Translations under genes and position numbers: made by a program | Notes under the pieces: generated by a model | Database searches by the model: none | Seen by the model: the letters and a program-made list of their open reading frames with translations, nothing else | Told to the model about the DNA's origin: nothing | Part shown: one piece after another, positions 12,021 through 24,602 of the stretch | Layout: each line of letters starts with the position of its first letter | How positions within the stretch are numbered: the first letter of the stretch is position 1 | DNA from: Leucoraja ocellata | Lineage: Eukaryota | Reading direction: 5' to 3' | NCBI GenBank assembly: GCA_036785375.1 | Contig: JAWMAR010000203.1 | Location: 3,410,001 to 3,474,000 of the forward strand | DNA length: 64,000 nt

Positions 12021-12281
12021 GTAAGTTTATTTTCTGAGATTATTAATCAAGTAAATTTAAATAAACTTATTAGAGATATTTTCATTCATAATCTGAGATC
12101 CATCAGTCGTTGTTTAAGAAAGAACTGCAGATGCTGGAAAAATCGAAGGTAGACAAAGATAGGCAGACATGGTTTGTCTATCCATCAGTCATTGACAAGT
12201 TTGTTGGTGAATTATTCCAGGATTTAGTCTCACCGCCCCACAAGATTTAGATTTAGGTTTATTATTGTCACGTGTAGTGTT

Positions 12282-13122
12282 GACACGGTGGCGCAGCAGT
12301 AGAGTTGCTGCCTCACAGCGCCAGAGACCCGGGTTCCATCCTGACTAGGGGGGTGTCTGTATGGAGTTTGTACATTCTCCCTGTGACCTCATAGGATTTC
12401 TCCGGGTGCTCCAGTGTACTCCCACTCTCCAAAGACTGGGTTTGTAGGTTAATTGGCTTCCAGAAATTGTAAATTATTCCTTGTGTTCAGTGGATCAATG
12501 GAACTTTATTTCTCTCATGTACTGAGGTACAGTGAAATTCATTTTTGTAGTTCAGTTCAGTACAAGTGTCACTATACAGAAACACTTAGATATATGTTAG
12601 CAGAGCATCACAGATACAAGTGTCTTACAGTAGTACTCAGAGTCAGTATACAGTCACCAGTTTTGGTGCCATTTTCGAGTGACAATTGCAAGTGCAGGGT
12701 TCTTGACCTGACCACGAAGGCCTGTTGTCCTGGTGGCATTGCAGGGTCAGCCTGGCCATGAGTGACCATGATGTCCTCCACCACTCTAGACGGTCCACGT
12801 GCTCGGCCTCTTGGAGCGGTGCCCAGTCCAGCCGAGGCCCAGGCTGTTGCAAGGCCACCAGCTGCCCACTCCCCCGTCAAGGCTGTACACTGCCTCCTGC
12901 AGCCGGTCTGCTTACTGGCCCTCTGTCCAACTCCACTCTGGGTGGGTGAGCCGGGCCGTACAGGCGGGTTCCGGTCTGCGGAGCAGGTCCTCAGTCCTCC
13001 CGCCGCGTGGCTAGCCGAATACTCCGCCATGTGCAGTGTGTAGGATAGTCCTAGTGTACGGGGTGATCGCTGGTCAGTGTGGTCCCGATGGGCCGAAGGA
13101 CCTGTTTCAGCACAGTGTCTCA
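12282..13122 (+). mobile_element. HE1/V-SINE-like element split by an unclassified ~0.55 kb insert
   Basis: SINE head at ~12282 and body to ~12490; SINE tail resumes ~13035-13122. Confidence 0.55.
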
Positions 13123-13822
13123 AGTATTGTAAAATAAAACTTATACTGTACGGATGGATTAACTAAGTTTGGCACAATGTTTCTGATTGTTGGTCATGAG
13201 AAACTTTGAAATTGTTAGCAGTGTGGAATGACTGATGCCTATCTTCTGGATTGCACTCATTAAGTAGTCTCCATAGCTCAGAATTCTCAGATAAAACGAT
13301 TGGGCGATTCTTCAGTAAATGTCTACTTTGGTGTCCCGTTACTTTGATGCTGTAAATAAGGAAAATCCGTAATTGTTAATAAACATAATCCTCATAAATA
13401 AAGATTAAACCCTAAATTATCTTCTTTTTTTCCCCGATATTCGATGCCCCCACCCCCCCGAAAACCACATGTCCTGATTGTTACTAGTGAAATTTCAAGT
13501 CAGCATATTTATTTAATGGGGGATCTATCTGAAATGAAAATACTTTTAAACGGTAGGTATTAATAATTAAAATATTTATCACCCATAAAAAAAATCCTCT
13601 CACCATTTCTTTTCAAAAATTTCTTGTCCCGATCTTCCGACCTCAAAAGACCACGGAATTGAAAAGTCCCCTACCTAGTGAATTTCTCCTGATTTGCGGG
13701 ACGAGAAACGTGAAAACTGTTTTTTGCTGCATAGCGGGTACGTACCTATATTCAGCACCATTCACGAACAGCGCTGAAGTCTTAGAAGAAAAAATAATCT
13801 TTCTTTTTTTATTTCTTCTGCA

Positions 13823-15620
13823 AACATAAAAACTTAGAAAATAAGTGCAGGAGGAAGCCATTTGGCCCTTCGAGCCAGCACCGCCATTCATTGTGATCAT
13901 GGTTGATCATCCCCAATCAATTACCCGTGCCTGCCTTCTCCCCATATCCCTTGATTCCACCAGCCCCTAGAGCTCTATCTAACTCTCTCTTAAATCTATC
14001 CAGTGACTTGGCCTCCACTGCCCTCTGGGGCAGGAATTCCACAAATTCACAACTCTCTGGGTGAAAAAGTTTTTTCTCACCTCAGTCCTAAATGGCCTCC
14101 CCTTTATTCTAAGACTGGCCCCTGGTTCTGGACTTGCCCTACATTGGGAACATTTTTCTTGCATCTAGCCTGTTCAGTCCTTTTATAATTTTATATGTTT
14201 CTATAAGATGCCCCCTCATCCTTCTAAACTCCAGTGAATACAAGCCTAGTCTTTTCAATCTTCCCTCATATGACAATCCCGCCATTCCAGGGATCAATCT
14301 CGTGAACCTACGCTGCACTGCCTCAATCGCAAGGATGTCCTTCCTCAAATTAGAGACCAAAACTGTAGACAATACTCCAGATGTGGTCTCCCCAGAGCCC
14401 TATACAACTGCAGAAGAACCTCTTTACTCCTATACTGAAATCCTCTTGTTGCGAAGGCCAACATTCCATTAGCTTTCTTCACTGCCTACTGTACCTGCAC
14501 GCCAACTTTCAGTGACCAGTGTACAAGGACACCCAGGTCTCGCTGTACCTCCCCCTTACCTAACCTAACCCCATTGAGATAATAATCTGCCCCCTTATTT
14601 TTGCCGCTAAAGTGGATAACCTCACATTTATCTATACTATACTGCATCTGCCACGCATCTGCCCACTCACTCAACCTGTCCAGGTCACCCTGCAACCTCT
14701 TCACAGCTCACACTGCCACCCAGCTTTGTGTCATCCACAAACTTGCTAGTGTTGCTCCTAATTCCCTCTTCCAAATCTTTAATATATATGGTAAACCGTT
14801 GCGGCCCCAATACCAAGCCTTGCGGCACTCCACTCGCCACTGCCTGCCATTCTGAAAAGGACCCGTTCACTCCTACTCTTTGCTTCCTGTCTGCCAACCA
14901 ATTTTTTATCCATGTCAACACCCTAACCCCAATACCATGTGCTCTAATTTTAGTCACCAGTCTCCCGTGCGGGACCTTATCAAAGGCTTTCTCAAAGTCT
15001 AGATACACTACATCCACTGGCTCCCCTTCATCCATTTTACTTGGCACATCTTCAAAAAATTCCAGATTAGTCGAGCATGATTTTCCTTTCATAAATCCAT
15101 GCTGACTTGGACTAATCCTTTTACTGCTATCAAAATTCCCCATTATTACCTCGTTAAAATTGACTCCAGCATTTTTCCCACCGCCGAAGTCGGGCTAACT
15201 GGTCTTAGTTCCCCGTTTTCTCTCTCGCTCCTTTCTTGAAAAGTGGGATAACATTAGCTATCCTCCAATCCACAGGAACTGATCCTGAATCTATTGAACA
15301 GTGGAAAATGATTACCAATGCATCCACTCTTTCTAGAGCCACCTCCCTGAGGACCCTGGGATGCAGACCATCAGGCCCAGGGGATTTATCAGCCTTCAGT
15401 CCCATTAGCATACCCAATACTATTTCTCGCCTAATGACAATTTCTTTCAGTTCCTCTACCCCCTTAGATCCTCTGTCCTCCAGTACTTCTGGGAGATTGT
15501 GTGTGTCTTCCTTACTGAAGACAGATCCAAAATACCTGTTCAACTCTTCTGCCATTTCCTTGTTCCCCATAATAATTTCGCCCGTTTCTGTCTCCATGGG
15601 ACCCACATTTGACTTTGCTA
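13823..15620 (-). mobile_element. CR1 LINE, degenerate RT and 3' end
   Basis: Minus ORFs with [49 protein letters not shown] and FFTQRVVNLWN. Confidence 0.9.
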
Positions 15621-15776
15621 TTCTTTTTCCCAAATTGTGCCATGTGCCATTCAGGAAACGATATGGCCAGGCTTGGCTTTCCGGCAAGGCCATCCTGGGC
15701 TTAAGGCTTGGGCCACCATTCCCGTCACAGCCACATCCACAACTTAAACCCGATCTCCATCCAGCTCCAACCGGAT

Positions 15777-16080
15777 ACATAGAAACATAGAAATTAGGTG
15801 CAGGAGTAGGCCATTCGGCCCTTTGAGCCTGCACCGCCATTCAATATGATCATGGCTGATCATCCAACTCAGTATCCCGTACCTGCCTTCTCTCCATACC
15901 CTCTGATCCCCTTAGCCACAAGGGCCACATCTAACTCCCTCTTAAATATAGCCAATGAACTGGCCTCGACTACCCTCTGCGGCAGAGAGTTCCAGAGATT
16001 CACCACTCTCTGTGTGAAAAAAGTTCTTCTCATCTCGGTTTTAAAGGATTTCCACCTTATCCTTAAGCTGTGACCCATTG
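15777..16080 (-). mobile_element. CR1 3' fragment
   Basis: GHSLRIR...FFTQRVVNLWNSLP and (TTTCTATG)n tail. Confidence 0.85.
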
Positions 16081-16320
16081 TCCTGGATCCTTAAGCTGTG
16101 ACTCATTGTCCTGGATACAAGGCCGTCGGTTCATCCCGTGACCTGATGTCCCTCTCCACGCCCGGCCCTCTTTAGCCCTTGTTCCCCGGTGGTGATGGGA
16201 GGGGGGGGGGGGGGGGGACAAGGGTTGAAGAGGTCCAGGCATGGAGAGGGACATTGGGTCACGGGAAGATGCAACGGCTTTGTGTCGGGCTGGAGATGGA
16301 GCTGGAGATCGGGGGTAAGT

Positions 16321-16648
16321 AGCCCCAACCCTAGCCCTAGCCCCAACACTAACCCTAACCCTAGCCCCAACCCTAGCCCCAGCCCCAACCCTAGCCCCAG
16401 CCCCAACCCTAGCCCCAACCCTAGCCCCAACCCTAGCCCCAGCCCCAACCCTAGCCCCAATCCCAACCCCAGCCCCAACCCTAGCCCCAGCCCCAATCCC
16501 AACCCTAGCCCCAGCCCCAATCCCAACCCTAGCCCCAGCCCCAATCCCAACCCTAGCCCCAGCCCCAACCCTAGCCCTAGCCCCAACCCTAGCCCCAATC
16601 CTAGCCCCAACCCTAGCCCCAGCCCTAATCCTAACCCGAGCCCTAACC
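16321..16648. repeat. Degenerate telomere-like hexamer array (AACCCT/AGCCCC/AATCCC)
   Basis: About 55 tandem hexamers related to (CCCTAA)n; source of the LG/PN/AR-rich spurious ORFs. Confidence 0.9.
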
Positions 16649-16879
16649 AAAGTCTAAAGTGTAAAATAATAGAACAATGACTATAATTATCAATTGTAAT
16701 TGATAAATGAACAGTATGCTTCTGCCTATTCATCTGAAGTTAATATTATTTTAGGGTAAGTTGGTGAAAAGTTGTGTGAAGGTTTTCCATTTTTGCTGAA
16801 AATCACCACTTTTTTCAGCAGTAAACTGTTACGAAAGTTTAAAATCAATGCGTTAGACGGAAAACATTTTTTGGTGGTT

Positions 16880-19800
16880 TATTTCCGGAAGATAATCCGG
16901 GGCGAGGGACTCAAATAGAGAAAGCTAGTAGACAGAATGGGAGGCAGGAAGCAGAAAAGGGAAGCACTCGGACACAAGAGGAGAAAGAAACAAAAGGAAA
17001 TAAACAGAGAATAAGAGTTTCTTAAATGTGTATATTTTAATGCAAGGAGCATTATAAGAAAGGTGGATGAGCTTAGAGTCTGGATAGACACCTGGAAGTA
17101 TGATGTTTAAGAGGGAACTGCAGATGCTGGAGAATCGAAGGTTACACAAAAAAGCTGGAGAAACTCAGCGGGTGCAGCAGCATCTATGGAGCGAAGGAAA
17201 TAGGCAACGTTTCGGGCCGAAACCCTTCTTCAGAAGTATGATGTTGTGGCGATCAGTGAAACATGGTTGCAGGAGGGCTGTGATTGGAAACTAAATATTC
17301 CAGGATTTCGTTGCTTCAGGTGTGATAGAATTGGAGGGGCAAGAGGTGGAGGTGTTGCATTGCTAGTCAGGGAAGATATTACAGCAGTGCTTTGGCAGGA
17401 TAGATTGGAGGGCTCATCTAGGGAGGCTATTTGGGTAGAACTGAGAAGTGGGAAAGGTGTAGCAACACTTATAGGGGTGTATTATAGACCGCCAAATGGG
17501 GAACGAGAATTGGAAGAGCAAATATGTAAGGAGATAGCAGATATTAGTAGTAAGCACAAGGTAGTGATTGTGGGAGATTTCAACTTTCCACACATAGACT
17601 GGGAAACACATTCTGTAAATGGGCTGGATGGTTTGGAGTTTGTAAAATGTGTGCAGGATAGTTTTTTGCAGCAATACATAGAGGTACCTACTAGAGGAGG
17701 GGGCAGTGCTAGACCTCTTGTTAGGAAATGAGACGGGACAGGTGGCGGAGGTATGCGTTGGGGAGCACTTCGGGTCCAGTGATCACAATACCATTAGTTT
17801 CAATATAATTATGGAGAAGGTCAGAACTGGACCTAGGGTTGAGATTTTTGATTGGAGAAAAGCTAACTTTGATGAGATGCGAGATGATTTAAAAGGAGTG
17901 AACTGGGACATTTTGTTTTATGGGAAAGATGGGGAAGAGAAATGGAGGACATTTAAAGGGGAAATTTTAAGAGTACAGAATCTTTATGTTCCTGTTCGGT
18001 TGAGAGGAAACAGTAAAAATTGGAAAGAGCCCTGGTTTTCAAGGGAAATTGGACTTGTTCGGAAAAAGAGGGAGATCTACAATAATTATAGGCAGCATGA
18101 AGTAAATGAGGTGCTTGAGGAGTATAAGGAATGTAAAAAGAATCTTAAGAAAGAAATTAGAAAAGCTAAAAGAAGATATGAGGTTGCTTTGGCAAGTAAG
18201 GTGAAAGTAAATCCAAAGGGTTTCTACAGCTATATTAATAGCAAAAGGATAACAAGGGATACAATTGGTCCTTTGGAGAGACAGAGTGGACAGCTATCTG
18301 CAGAGCCAAAAGAGATGGGGGAGATACTGAACAACTTTTTTTTCTTCGGTATTGACCCAGGAGAAGGATATTGAATTATGTGAGGTAAGGGAAACTAGTA
18401 GAGTAGCTATGGATACTATGAGGTTCAAAGTAAAAGAAGTACTGACACTTTTGAAAAATATAAAAGTGGATAAGTCTCCAGGTCCTGACAGGATATTCCC
18501 TAGGACATTGAGGGAAGTTAGTGTAGAAATAGCCGGGGCTATGACAGAAATATTTCAAATGTCATTAGAAACGGGAATAGTCCCCGAGGATTGGCGTACT
18601 GCGCATGTTGTTCCATTGTTTAAAAAGTGTTCTAAGAGTAAACCTAGCAATTATAGACCTGTTAGTTTGACTTCAGTGGTGGGCAAATTAATGGAAAAGA
18701 TACTTAGAGATAATATATATAAGCATCTAGATAAACAGGGTCTGATTAGGAACAGTCAACATGGATTTGTGCCTGGAAGGTCATGTTTGACTAATCTTCT
18801 TGAATTTTTTGAAGAGGTTACTAGGGAAATTGACGAGGGTAAAGCAGTGGATGTTGTCTATATGGACTTTAGTAAGGCCTTTGACAAGGTTCCTCATGGA
18901 AGGTTGGTTAAGAAGGTTCAACTGTTGGGTATAAATGCAGGAGTAGCAAGATGGATTCAACAGTGGCTGAATGGGAGAAGCCAGAGGGTAATGGTGGATG
19001 GCTGTTTATCGGGTTGCAGGCAGGTTACTAGTGGGATGCCTCAGGGATCTGTGTTGGGTCCTTTGTTGTTTGTCATGTACATCAATGATCTGGATGAAGG
19101 TGTAAATTGGATTAGTAAGTATGCAGATGATACCAAAATGAAGAGGATTTCCAAAGTCTACAGAGTGATTTGGGCCATTTGGAAAAATGGGCTGAAACAT
19201 GGCAGATGGAGTTTAATGCTGATAAATGTGAGGTGCTACACCTTGGCAGGACAAATCAAAATAGGACGTACATGGTAAATGGTAGGGAATTGAAGAATAC
19301 AGTTGAACAGAGGGATCTGGGAATAACCGTGCATAGTTCCTTGAAGGTGGAATCTCATATAGATAGGGTGGTAAAGAAAGCTTTTGGTATGCTAGCCTTT
19401 ATAAATCAGAGCATTGAGTATAGAAGCTTGGATGTAATGTTAAAATTGTACAAGGCATTGGTAAGACCAAATCTGGAGTATGGTGTACAATTTTGGTCGC
19501 CCAATTATAGGAAGGATGTCAACAAAATAGAGAGAGTACAGAGGAGATTTACTAGAATGTTGCCTGGGTTTCAACAACTAAGTTGCAGAGATAGGTTGAA
19601 TAAGTTAGGTCTTTATTCTCTGGAGTGCAGAAGGTTAAAGGGGGACTTGATAGAGGTCTTTAAAATGATGGGAGGGATAGACAGAGTTGATGTGGACAAG
19701 CTTTTCCCTTTGAGAATAGGGAAGATTCAAACAAGAGGACATGACTTCAGAATTAAGGGACAGAAGTTTAGGGGTAACATGAGGGGGAACTTCTTTACTC

Positions 19801-20012
19801 AGAGCGGTGTGGAATGAGCTTCCAGTGGAAGTGGTGGAGGCAGGTTCGTTGGTATCATTTAAAAATAAATTGGATAGGCATATGGATGAGAAGGGAAGGG
19901 AGGGTTATGGTATGAGTGCAGGCAGGTGGGACTAAGGAAAAAAAAGTTGTTCGGCACGGACTTGTAGGGCCGAGATGGCCTGTTTCTGTGCTGTAATTGT
20001 TATATGGTTATA
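16880..20012 (+). mobile_element. CR1 LINE with nearly complete but frameshifted ORF2 (EN+RT)
   Basis: ORFs 17246-17731 (ISETWL, YYRPPN, VGDFNFP), 17706-18374 (SSDH), 18352-19278 (RT, KYADDTK) and 19170-19817; ttatatgg tail. Confidence 0.95.
17108..17232 (-). mobile_element. Penelope terminal-repeat-derived short insertion with hammerhead-like core
   Basis: 13-bp TSD GAAGTATGATGTT (17095-17107, 17233-17245) inside the CR1 EN domain. The minus strand reads CTGAAGA-A-GGGTTTCGGCCC-GAAACGTT. Confidence 0.75.
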
Positions 20013-20562
20013 ATTTGAAAGACTGCGACAAAAATTTGATTTTATATTCTTAAATCAGTGAAATTTTGCACTGTTACTCATCATAAAAATATGACTACTA
20101 TGACTGAATGCAATGGGCAACCTGGAATAAGAAGAGGAAAAAATAAATTAAATTCTCTAAAAGATTGCGCCAAACATATTTTTCCCATAGTAGAGTTGTT
20201 CACCTATGAAAAACAACATTCTAAGTTGGAAAAATTAAAGTTTTATTTTTGGTTATCCAGAAACTTAAAAGTAGACACTTACTGAAGAAGCACCCGATTA
20301 TGTAGTTGGTTGGATCACAACTAAGCGAGGAGGTGCACAGTGCAGCTGCAGTTTTGTAATGGGTTTAGTTTAGGTTTATTATTATCATATGTACAGAGGT
20401 ACATTAAAAAGCCACGCCACCGACGGCCTTTACCTGCATTCCGGCTGCCAGCACCCACCTGGATTCCAGGCCCAGTTCCCGACCGAGAGTCTGAGGAAGG
20501 GTCACGACCCGAAACATGAACCTGTCCATGTTCTCCAGAGATGCTGCCTGACCAGTTGAGTT

Positions 20563-20763
20563 AAGGGCCTGTCCCACTTGGCCGTTAGTTGCGCGCCATT
20601 TACGCGACGTGGTAGCATGTGGGTAGTGCAGGATGGGCGCATGGTGTGGCGTGGAGGGGTGTGGAGTTGTGCGCGGTATCGCGCAGTACGCCAGGATTTT
20701 GTGCTGCACAAAATCTTCGCTCGCCATGGGCCTGTCGCGTAAATGAAGGCCAAGTGGGACAGG
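20563..20763. mobile_element. PIF/Harbinger-like MITE
   Basis: Inverted termini AAGGGCCTGTCCCACTTGGCC ... GGCCAAGTGGGACAGG; same family as 36371-37352. Confidence 0.65.
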
Positions 20764-21399
20764 GTGACATTTCAGGTCGAATGGGTAACGTTTCGGGTCA
20801 AGACCCTTCTTCAATCTGAAACATCATCCATTCCTTCTCTCCAGAGATGCTGCCAGTCCTGCTGAGTTACTCCTGCATTTTGTGTCTATCTTCAATGTAA
20901 ACCAGCATCTGCAGTTCCTTCCCACAGATTAATTTGGTCTGCAACTTGCTACTTTTCATTCACCTCTTTTTTGAATAGGGCCTTTACATCTGCAGTTTTT
21001 CCATTTATTAGCACCACTCAAGAAACTGCAACATTTTAGAAAATTACCATAAATATCATAAACTGGGTAAATATCATAAACTGGGTATTCAGATGACGTC
21101 ACGCGCTCTAGACGGCTGTGCGGACGCATGATGACGTGCGCGTCAGTCACTACCGGCCTGTTGCATAAATGACGGCCAAGTGGGACAGGCCCTTTGCTCC
21201 AGCACGTATACAATGATAATCCCTTACTCAGTTATAGCGGACAATTGTTAAAACAGATACCATTCTTCTTCTCTCCCCCCACCCCCATGCTCCTTTATAA
21301 AGAGAGTTTACTGTAATGTTATGATTATTGTTTACAGTGCTGACCTGTGTCAACAGCATTAGCAGGGAAAATGTTCATTTTTTTCCACTTTATTTTCAG

Positions 21400-21449
21400 A
21401 TGGAAATCCACGCTTAATCCACGTGGATAGAAAAAAATCTTCAGATTAA
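21400..21449 (+). CDS. Gene A probable terminal coding exon (hydrophilic tail, stop)
   Basis: Strong acceptor ttttttccactttattttcag in unique DNA. Phase 1 gives (D)GNPRLIHVDRKKSSD*. AATAAA follows at 21638-21643. Confidence 0.6.
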
Positions 21450-21637
21450 ATCAAAAGATGAATTGCTGCAAACAACAAGGAAACTCGTGATATTTTGTAT
21501 TTTCATCTCCGGCTTTTGCTCACCTGTCTGCCAATTCTTGTAATCCAAAAGATGCTTTGTGAGATGTTGTTCCTGCTGTTGGTGTCTATAGTGGATCATC
21601 GTTCTGTAAGATGTTTGAGGGCCTGACCGCCAAATTT

Positions 21638-21643
21638 AATAAA
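21638..21643 (+). terminator. Candidate polyadenylation signal of gene A
   Basis: AATAAA about 190 nt after the stop at 21447-21449, at the end of a unique stretch. Confidence 0.45.
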
Positions 21644-21649
21644 GAAATG

Positions 21650-21956
21650 GGTGGCACGGTGGCACAATGGTAGAGTTGCTGCCTTACAATGCCAGAGACC
21701 CAGGCCCGATCCTGATTATAGGTGCTGGCTATACAGAGTCTGTACGTTCTCCCCGTGCCCTGTGTGGGTTTTCCACGGGAGCTCCAATTTCCTCCCACAC
21801 ACCAAAGACGTACGGGTTTGTAGACTAATTGGCTTCGGTAGAATTGTAAATTGTCCCTCGTGTATAGGATAGTGTTAGTGTACGGGGATCACTAGTCAGC
21901 GCCGAATTGGTGGGTTGAAGGGCGTGTTTCTGTGCTGTATCTCTAAACTCAACTAA
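21650..21956 (+). mobile_element. HE1/V-SINE-like SINE, near full length
   Basis: tRNA-like head, central TGTACGTTCTCCCCGTG...TTCCTCCCACA domain and (CTAAA) tail. Further copies at ~22320-22880, 45550-45850 (-), 54440-54930 and 59720-60020 (-). Confidence 0.8.
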
Positions 21957-23069
21957 ATGTTATTGTTTAATGTTCAGCCACATTCTCTCACTGCTCTCCC
22001 TCAGTGAGTTCTTCCTGTCGTCTATAACATAGCCACGTGTGGTTCCTCAGCACCTGCCTTCACTGCTCAGTTGTTCCACATGACTTCCAGTTCCAATTCG
22101 AGGCCTCTAGGTTTCTGGGCCATCCTGGGTCCAAGGTACCTGGATCCTACTCACCACTACTTGCTACACACCCTATCCATGCTCCGAGTTCTACACTCTA
22201 TGCCATGTGCTGGCACCAGTCGTCTCTCACTCGCCCTCACCTGCAGCTCCGTGCCTCACTTAGACATGGACTTTAAATAAGATCCACGTCATCCTCTGCC
22301 TGAACCTCCTCCTCACAATGATGCAGTGGCAGGGTGGCTGCTTACAGTGCAAGAGACCTGCGTTTTATCCTGACTGTGTGGAGTTTGCACATTCTCCCTG
22401 TGACCATGTGTTATTCCTTTGTTATCCAAATTCCCCCCACATCCCAAAGACATGCAGGTTTGTAGGTTAATCGGCCCATATAGGATGCAAAAATGAGATA
22501 ATGTTGAACTAATGTACAGGTGATCGATGGTCGTCATGGACTCGGTGGGCCGAAGGGCCTGTTCCATGCTGTCTCTTTGAAACTTAAAAATATAACTCCC
22601 GGTTTTTATGTAGGCAAGTTTGGTTTCCAATCTATCACGGACATTCTCTCGATGCCGATCATCGATCACCCGTTCACACTAGTTCACTTTTTTATCCACT
22701 CCCTACGCACTTGGAGCACCTTTACACCCAATTAACCTACAAACCCACACATCTTTGGAATGTGGTAGGAAACCGGAGCACCCGGAGCAAACGCAATTGC
22801 AAACTCCACACACAGACAACACCTGAGGTCAGGATCGAACCCGGGTCTCTGGCGCTGTGAAGCAGCAGCTCCACCCGCTGGAAGCCAACTATTTTAAACA
22901 TGTTTATTTTCTTATTTTCCTTGTTCTGAAACCTTGACAGGTGTCCACTCTGTTTCTCTTCCCACTGATAATATTTTCTGCTTTGTTTTGGATTTCCAGT
23001 ATCTGCAGTATTCAATACAGTATATTAATTGTGCTAATTGAAATGTTTAATCGTATATCATTTTAATGC

Positions 23070-23940
23070 ACAGCCTTTCCCAGGGTTAATCAGAGAGCAC
23101 AGGTTTAAGGCAAGAGGGGAAAGATTTAATGGGTACCTGAAGGACAACTTTTTCACACAGATGGTGGTAGGTCTATGGAACGAGCTGCCAGTAGAGGTCT
23201 TTAAAGCAGCTTCAATAACAACATTTAAAATGCATCTGGACAGATACATGGATAAAATAAAAGTACTACCTTCAGAAAGGAGATGATATAAAACTATGTA
23301 CATTCAGAGGGTGATGAATCTGGGATTCATTTCACAGACCAAGTAGAGGCCAAGTCTTTAGGTATTTCTGATAGGTTCTCAATTAGTAAGGTTATAGAAA
23401 CTTACAAAATTCTTAAAGGGCTGGACAGGCTAGATGCAGGAAGATTATTCCCGATGTTGGGGAAGTCCAGAACAAGGGGGTCGCAGTTTAAGGATAAGAG
23501 GGAAGTCTTTTAGGACCGAGATGAGAAAATCATTTTTTACACAGAGAGTGGTGAATCTGTTGAATTATCTGCCACAGAAAGTAGTTGAGGTCAGTTCATT
23601 GGCTAGATTTAAGAGGGAGTTAGATGTGGCCCTTGTGGCTAAAGGGATCAGGGGGTATGGAGAGAAGGCAGGTATGGGATATTGATTTGGATGATCAGCC
23701 ATGATCATATTGAATGGCGGTGCAGGCTCGAGAAGGCAGGAAAATGGGGTTGAGAGGGAACGATAGATCAGCCACGTTGAATGACAGAGTAGACTCAATG
23801 GACCAAATGGCCTAATTCTGCTCCGACAACATGATCTTATGATAGGAAAGTTATGGAGGGATTTGGGCGAAACACAGGCAGGAAATTGGGGCATGCTTGG
23901 TTGGCATGGGCAAGTTGGGCTGAATGGCCTGATTCCAAGG
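23070..23940 (+). mobile_element. Cluster of nested CR1 3' fragments
   Basis: Repeated FFTQ.VV.LWN.LP motifs and CR1 3' UTR sequence. Confidence 0.75.
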
Positions 23941-24602
23941 ATTCTGACGTACATGACAGAACGTTGGTTGTACATTAGATCCACGAATGAGTGATATATG
24001 ATGCTGCAGAATTCAACAGATTGGGCAAAGTACTAACTCGTATTATACAGGTAAATCGATCCATAACCATATGCAATCAAGGTCAATGCTTGGGATTAAA
24101 GGATTTAGAATTCACACAATCTCATAAATCAGACTAGAAAGGGAGATGAGTTGGACGTTCTTGAATATTGTTTGAAGTGAGGCCTTTGAATAAGTTTATC
24201 TCAGCGAAATAGTGGACTTTTGAAACGTATATTAATCATTAGCATCAGCATTTAATGTTTTTTGCGAATTGCAGTATAATGAATGTTAATGAAAAGCTAG
24301 CAATCGTATAAGTAGAGTTAGACACAATGCTGGAGTAATTTAGCAGGTCAGGCACATTCTTTGGAAAATGGATAGCTGCATTTCAGGTTGGGGTACTTCT
24401 TCAGACAGGGTCTAAAGAAGGTTTCCTACCCGAAATGTCACCCATCCTTTTTCTACAGAGAATTTGCTTGACCTGCTGAGTTCCTTGAGCATTATGTGTC
24501 TTATCTTTGGTATAAACCAGCAGCTGCAGTTTCTTGTTATTATAACCATATAAGCAATTGGTTTAGAAGCATAGTCTTGGCTGTTGAAGTGTTATACATT
24601 AA

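Larger units (their letters stand above)
13302..20295. mobile_element. DNA transposon with GGG termini and 4-bp TSD (Sola2-like), hosting nested CR1 insertions
   Basis: Imperfect ~28-bp TIR: GGGCGATTCTTCAGTAAATGTCTACTTT vs reverse complement GGGTGCTTCTTCAGTAAGTGTCTACTTT. TSD GATT at 13298-13301 and 20296-20299. Confidence 0.65.

Noticed and set aside
16063-16733. Long LG/PN/AR-repeat ORFs
   Set aside because: Translations of a hexamer tandem repeat.
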